In this document: one piece after another, positions 59,807-64,000 of the stretch
Position numbering within the stretch: the stretch's first letter is position 1
Layout of the letters: each line of letters opens with the position of its first letter
Source: Spirochaetes bacterium GWB1_36_13
Lineage (GTDB): Bacteria > Spirochaetota > GWB1-36-13
NCBI GenBank assembly: GCA_001829155.1
Contig: MIAO01000136.1
Span: forward strand, 5,764 to 69,763
Length of the DNA: 64,000 nucleotides
Direction: 5' to 3'
Made by a program: the position numbers and the translations under genes
The notes under the pieces: generated by a model
What the model saw: the letters and a program-made list of their open reading frames with translations, nothing else
What the model was told of the DNA's origin: nothing
Database searches by the model: none

Positions 59807-61459
59807 ATGAAATTAAAAACTGTTTTCACTTTTTTAATGCTATTAAATCTGTTCTCCTGCGCTATCGGAGATTCTGATAATCCTTTTGAGCTTTCCCGCG
59901 GGAAAATCAAGGACAATCTGGGTGTGCCTGCCCTTTCAGCCACAGACGGAGACTACCCGGACCGAATCCGAATCAGCTGGCCAAGTATTCCCTATGCGCA
60001 AAAATATTATATTTACCGATCCGATGCCATTGACGGAACCTATACAGAACTGACTCAAACCACCGGGCTTTATTATGATGATTCTGCGGTTTTAAAAAAT
60101 GACGGCACTGTAGGGGTAATCAAATATTATTATTATAAAATGAAATCTTATTCCTCCAGTGTTGAATATTCATGGAACAAAGGCTATAGCGATTTAAGCG
60201 CGGCTGAATCCGGCTACAGGAATCCCAACAAGCTTCCTCTTCCCGCTCCTGCCACAATCAGCGCATCAGACGGGACAGACAAAGACAAAATTATCATCAC
60301 CTGGAGCGCTGTCACCAAAGCGGAAAGCTATTTCGTTTACCGCTGCGACACTTTTGCTTCCTGCAGTGACCCAAACAGTTATGTAAAAATCACGGCAACC
60401 CCTATCACAGGACTCACCTACAACGACACCACCGCCGCCAAACGGGGAACGGATACGGTAACAGCCGATCCCAATAGAAATTTTTATAAAGTTTACTGCT
60501 ATAAAGCAGCCGCCTACTCTTCCAATGAGGATTTTACCGGAGAGGGGCTATTAAGCGATTACGATTCCGGCTACCGCGACCCTGAAGAAGTCTATAACTA
60601 TTCTACTCAATGGGGACAGGGAGGAATCAACAACGGAGAATTTAATAAACCATCCGGCATTTCGGTCGGATATGATGGAAGCGTTTTCGTAACCGACAGC
60701 GACAACCACAGGATTCAAAAGTTTAATGCAAGCGGAGCATGGATCCTTTCATGGGGAGGTTACGGCGAAACCACTGAGGATGGAAAGTTTAAAAACCCGA
60801 AAGGAATCGCAGTGTTCAGGGATTCTGTTTCAGACCGTATTTATGTTTCAGACAGCTCAAACGACAGGGTTCAAAAATTCACTCCGACAGGAGATTTCAT
60901 TCTGAAATGGGGAGTAAACGGCACTGCCGCAGGACAATTTCAAGAACCTTTCGGCATTACAGCGACTACGGATGAAAATATTTTTGTTGTGGACAGGCAA
61001 AACAACCGGATCGAAAAATTCAGCTCAACAGGAGCATTCCTGACTGCATGGGGAAGTATGGGGAATGGAAACGGGCAGTTTAATAACCCTCTGGGGCTTG
61101 CTTCGGATTCCAACAACAATATCTTTGTAGTGGACAGCAGCAACAACCGTGTTCAGAAATTTGATGCAAACGGAAATTATCTTTTAAGCTGGGGAAGTCA
61201 GGGCACAGCAAACGGGCAGTTTAATTTCCCGACTGGAATTGCTTCAGACCTGAACAACGACCTCTACATCGTGGATACGAATAACAATCGGATTCAGAAA
61301 TTTGATACAAACGGCAATTTTATCAGCAAATGGGGGACTTCCGGCACTTCCAACGGCGAGTTTTTCAGCCCTCAGGGAATTGCGGTGGCTCCCAATGGAA
61401 CGGTTTATATTACTGATACCAATAACAACCGGATACAAGTTTTTATCAAAGTGCAGTAG
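59807..61459 (+). CDS. NHL-repeat (six-bladed beta-propeller) lipoprotein with N-terminal Ig/FN3-like domains
   Basis: Lipobox LFSC. Six NHL blades: NHRIQKFN, NDRVQKFT, NNRIEKFS, NNRVQKFD, NNRIQKFD, NNRIQVF. Confidence 0.85.
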   Translation: MKLKTVFTFLMLLNLFSCAIGDSDNPFELSRGKIKDNLGVPALSATDGDYPDRIRISWPSIPYAQKYYIYRSDAIDGTYTELTQTTGLYYDDSAVLKNDGTVGVIKYYYYKMKSYSSSVEYSWNKGYSDLSAAESGYRNPNKLPLPAPATISASDGTDKDKIIITWSAVTKAESYFVYRCDTFASCSDPNSYVKITATPITGLTYNDTTAAKRGTDTVTADPNRNFYKVYCYKAAAYSSNEDFTGEGLLSDYDSGYRDPEEVYNYSTQWGQGGINNGEFNKPSGISVGYDGSVFVTDSDNHRIQKFNASGAWILSWGGYGETTEDGKFKNPKGIAVFRDSVSDRIYVSDSSNDRVQKFTPTGDFILKWGVNGTAAGQFQEPFGITATTDENIFVVDRQNNRIEKFSSTGAFLTAWGSMGNGNGQFNNPLGLASDSNNNIFVVDSSNNRVQKFDANGNYLLSWGSQGTANGQFNFPTGIASDLNNDLYIVDTNNNRIQKFDTNGNFISKWGTSGTSNGEFFSPQGIAVAPNGTVYITDTNNNRIQVFIKVQ

Positions 61460-61501
61460 GAGAAATCGGGAATCTGAAAATAGAAACAAGGATACAAATC
61501 A

Positions 61502-62518
61502 ATGAAGTTTTTAAGTTTTTTTCAATACAAAGCAGTGATTGCGCTGATCGGGGGGCTTAATATTTTTTTAGTTGCCCGCTATATTTCCCATCAGAGCGCT
61601 TTTCAGACTCAGGAAATCCAGAAAACAAAGTGGATGATGTCTAAAACAGCAAAAACCGATCTTTTTTATGAAACTCAGAAATATCTGAAAAAAGTGGAAA
61701 AAGAGTATCAGAAAATTGTCAAAATAAAAAGAAAACTCAAAGAGACTCTGGTTGAAAAAAAATATCGGATCAAAGAGAAAAAAGTGGAATACCTTGTGAG
61801 AAAACAGCCTCAAAGCCAAGATATCCTAGAAAAAGTGCCGATGGATACTCCTGCCTGGGTTCAAACCGTGCCCTTAGACCCTGAAAACTATTATTTTGTG
61901 GGAATGTCTTATGGACAGCCCAGCTATGAAGCGGGGATGGAAGCCGCCAAACAGGACGCTTTAGTGGAGCTTGCCAAGTTTATCCAGTATGGGGTGGATT
62001 CTTATACTGAAAAACTCACAATAGAAACCCCATCAGACATTATGGAAAAAATGAGCCAGAAAATCTCTGCCCTCTCTAAAAACAATTTTATGAGAGAAAG
62101 CCGTGTGGAAGAAAGATTTTATATCAAAAAAAGCAAAAATCAGGAAACCCCCTCCAACCATTACCAGTTTTTTGTTTTGACCGCTTTTCCTAAAAAAAAT
62201 GTCGAAAAAGCGCTTCAAGAAGGCATCGCCTATCAGGCCGAGCTCTTAAAGACCATTCTATCCGCTGAACAGCTTGAAAAACTCAAGCAGAAACTCGATC
62301 TTCTCAATAACCAGCTTTATCTGGAAAAAGAGACGGTTGAAGCCCTTCAAAAAGAGAAAAACCTTTTTTATCAGGTTTATCAGATGAATAACCTCTATCA
62401 GATTGCTCAGTTTGCTGAAAAACTCGAAAGAGAGGGAGAACTTCTGGAAGCCTACCGAAATGAAGCCGTAGTGGTGAAAAGGCTTCAAAAACTCATTGAA
62501 AACTTGGAGAATCAATAA
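61502..62518 (+). CDS. Membrane-anchored protein with an LPP20-like domain and a C-terminal coiled coil
   Basis: N-terminal TM helix. PAWVQTVPLDPENYYFVGMSYGQPSYEAGMEAAKQDALVELAKFIQ resembles the LPP20/FlgP-type PxWV...Y.VG...A...A...A..EL pattern. Confidence 0.5.
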   Translation: MKFLSFFQYKAVIALIGGLNIFLVARYISHQSAFQTQEIQKTKWMMSKTAKTDLFYETQKYLKKVEKEYQKIVKIKRKLKETLVEKKYRIKEKKVEYLVRKQPQSQDILEKVPMDTPAWVQTVPLDPENYYFVGMSYGQPSYEAGMEAAKQDALVELAKFIQYGVDSYTEKLTIETPSDIMEKMSQKISALSKNNFMRESRVEERFYIKKSKNQETPSNHYQFFVLTAFPKKNVEKALQEGIAYQAELLKTILSAEQLEKLKQKLDLLNNQLYLEKETVEALQKEKNLFYQVYQMNNLYQIAQFAEKLEREGELLEAYRNEAVVVKRLQKLIENLENQ

Positions 62519-64000
62519 TGTCAATAGGAAGTATTTTTGGAGTTTTATTGTCTTTAAACGCCTTGATTTTTACCGTTGTCAATATCCACATGGATATCAA
62601 GCATAAAAACAAAGCAAAAGAAGAGACTGTTTTTTATCAAAAAAAAGACAATGCTTTAGAAACCATTGAAAAAACGAAGATTTTATACTTATTGGATGAT
62701 GAAGTTTACCAGAAAAGAGTAACTAAAACTATTTCACTGACAAAAGAAGTCCCTGTTTTTTATAAGGTTTTAATGGATAAAAGCAGAATTTTGGAAGAAA
62801 AACCCTCGCCTATGCCTGTCTGGGTGGTCTCTTTGAAGAAACCCGACAAGCGGTTTTTGTATTTTATAGGAACCCGGACTCTGGCAGAAGATCAAAAAAC
62901 AGCCTTAGACGATGCCTACGCTTTTGCAAAAGAAGAGCTTTTATCTTTTATCGGCGTGAAAATGGACTATGAGATGCACCTTGAAAAAACGGTGGAAAAC
63001 AAGGAAGAAGTCCATGAATCTCTTTTTGTGGATATTGAAAAAGAAGTCTTAAAAAATATTGAGAATCTGGATACGATTCTTTTAAAAAAAGATTCGTATT
63101 ACCGGAAAATCAAGGAAACAGAAGAAAAGAGTTTTTATGAAGCCCATGTTTTACTTTCTGCGGATATTGAAAAACTGAAAAAAGCGGTGCAAGAAAGCGT
63201 GAGAAAAATTGTGGAAAAAATGGAAAAAGACCAGTCTATGCTCAAAGACGAGAAAAAAATCAAAAAAAGCCTTTATCAGACCATCGGGAAAAAGCTGGAT
63301 CAAATCCTTTCCATGACGGAAGAAGAGCTGGAAGCTTTTCAAAACAAAAGAAACCGGTATGAAGTCCTGGAACAGACCGCAACCCTCTCAGACCCTGTTT
63401 ATGAAGTGTTTTTATGTGAAAAACTCTTTTTTTTAAATCAAAAATCCACTGCATTCAACCACTGCAAGAAAGCTTATGAACACTACCTCCCTGAAATGAA
63501 AAATCTGGAATATTTAGAAAACCTGGAAGAAACCCTGAGCGACCCTTTTTCCAAACGAGTGGTCAAAAGACTCTCCAAAGCTTCTTTTTATAAAGAAAAA
63601 CAACTGGCAGACAAAGCCTACCGTTATCAGTTTTTCGCTCTCCAGCTTTTGCTCCTCCACTATGACGAAGCAGTCAGACAAAACCTCTGGATGCCCTATT
63701 TTACCCAAATTGAAGACAATCTGAAACTCTGGGGGAAAATAGACGCCTTAACCGGATTCCAGTCGATTCAAAGCTCAAAAGACGGAAAAATCCTTTTTAC
63801 CCGCCCCGACCCCAAAGGGCAGATTCAGGTGCTTTTTGACAAAAAAGAAAACCCGATCTATAGCCTCCTCCTCTACCCCACAGGCACGGTGTATTCTTAT
63901 TATTTCAAGGACAAAATCATCTATAAAAAAACGATTCTCAAAAACAAAGACGAAAAAAAACAGTTTGCCGTCTATGATGAAAATAACCAGTTTTTGAAGG
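62518..64000 (+). CDS. Paralogous membrane-anchored LPP20-like-domain protein; the ORF continues off the window end
   Basis: ATG at 62518 overlaps the previous stop (ATAATG). Hand translation shows an open frame to 64000 (at least 494 aa). TM helix, then PMPVWVVSLKKPDKRFLYFIGTRTLAEDQKTALDDAYAFAKEELLSFIG, parallel to the upstream gene's domain. Confidence 0.55.
   Translation, partial: MSIGSIFGVLLSLNALIFTVVNIHMDIKHKNKAKEETVFYQKKDNALETIEKTKILYLLDDEVYQKRVTKTISLTKEVPVFYKVLMDKSRILEEKPSPMPVWVVSLKKPDKRFLYFIGTRTLAEDQKTALDDAYAFAKEELLSFIGVKMDYEMHLEKTVENKEEVHESLFVDIEKEVLKNIENLDTILLKKDSYYRKIKETEEKSFYEAHVLLSADIEKLKKAVQESVRKIVEKMEKDQSMLKDEKKIKKSLYQTIGKKLDQILSMTEEELEAFQNKRNRYEVLEQTATLSDPVYEVFLCEKLFFLNQKSTAFNHCKKAYEHYLPEMKNLEYLENLEETLSDPFSKRVVKRLSKASFYKEKQLADKAYRYQFFALQLLLLHYDEAVRQNLWMPYFTQIEDNLKLWGKIDALTGFQSIQSSKDGKILFTRPDPKGQIQVLFDKKENPIYSLLLYPTGTVYSYYFKDKIIYKKTILKNKDEKKQFAVYDENNQFLK

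Overview
This is a low-GC (roughly 30%) bacterial chromosomal segment. It is gene-dense on both strands, with strong AGGAGG-type ribosome-binding sites and many clean rho-independent terminators. I cannot determine the lineage from sequence alone; a HydF-like maturase, aspartase and amtB-glnK suggest an anaerobe. I found no rRNA, CRISPR array, transposase, integrase or phage gene.

Content, start to end:
- A minus-strand housekeeping block: dnaB (partial at the window edge), priA, a GNAT acetyltransferase, a family-4 UDG, a lipoprotein, an SLT/LysM lytic transglycosylase and pyrD.
- gatC, a cNMP-binding protein and a DUF1015 protein, then TPR and LysM envelope proteins.
- A tRNA-modification cluster: queA, a hyper-acidic ORF, miaB, tilS, tgt.
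- A small phasin-like gene, a CN-hydrolase, an orphan OppD-like ABC ATPase and a phosphohexomutase.
- A chemosensory (Che-like) cluster of about 10 kb: REC-HK hybrid, CheW, CheY, a CheA with a duplicated N-terminal module, a REC-degenerate-GGDEF protein, a REC-only protein, a PAS histidine kinase, a minimal MCP, CheR and CheD. CheB and CheC are absent.
- A RecJ-like exonuclease and a 1196-aa membrane-anchored coiled-coil protein.
- accA, amtB-glnK, a HydF-like GTPase, aspA, an HTH-REC regulator and a SlyD-like FKBP.
- Six tandem minus-strand tRNAs: Leu-TAG, Lys-CTT, Arg-TCG, His-GTG with encoded G-1, Arg-TCT, Pro-TGG.
- An OMP, purC, lipoproteins, a TPR protein, an SDR and a PAS-PP2C phosphatase.
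- An uncharacterised two-gene operon (273 aa and 554 aa) next to an MNT/HEPN toxin-antitoxin pair whose MNT gene looks frameshifted.
- A DtxR-family regulator and an SBP, followed by a surface-protein cluster: a PEGA/beta-barrel protein, an NHL-repeat lipoprotein and two tandem paralogous TM proteins with an LPP20-like domain, the second running off the window.

The best candidates for novel biology are the atypical Che-like pathway, the unknown operon next to the TA pair, the hyper-acidic protein inside the tRNA-modification cluster, the giant coiled-coil protein and the LPP20-like paralog pair. None of these can be assigned a function from sequence alone.
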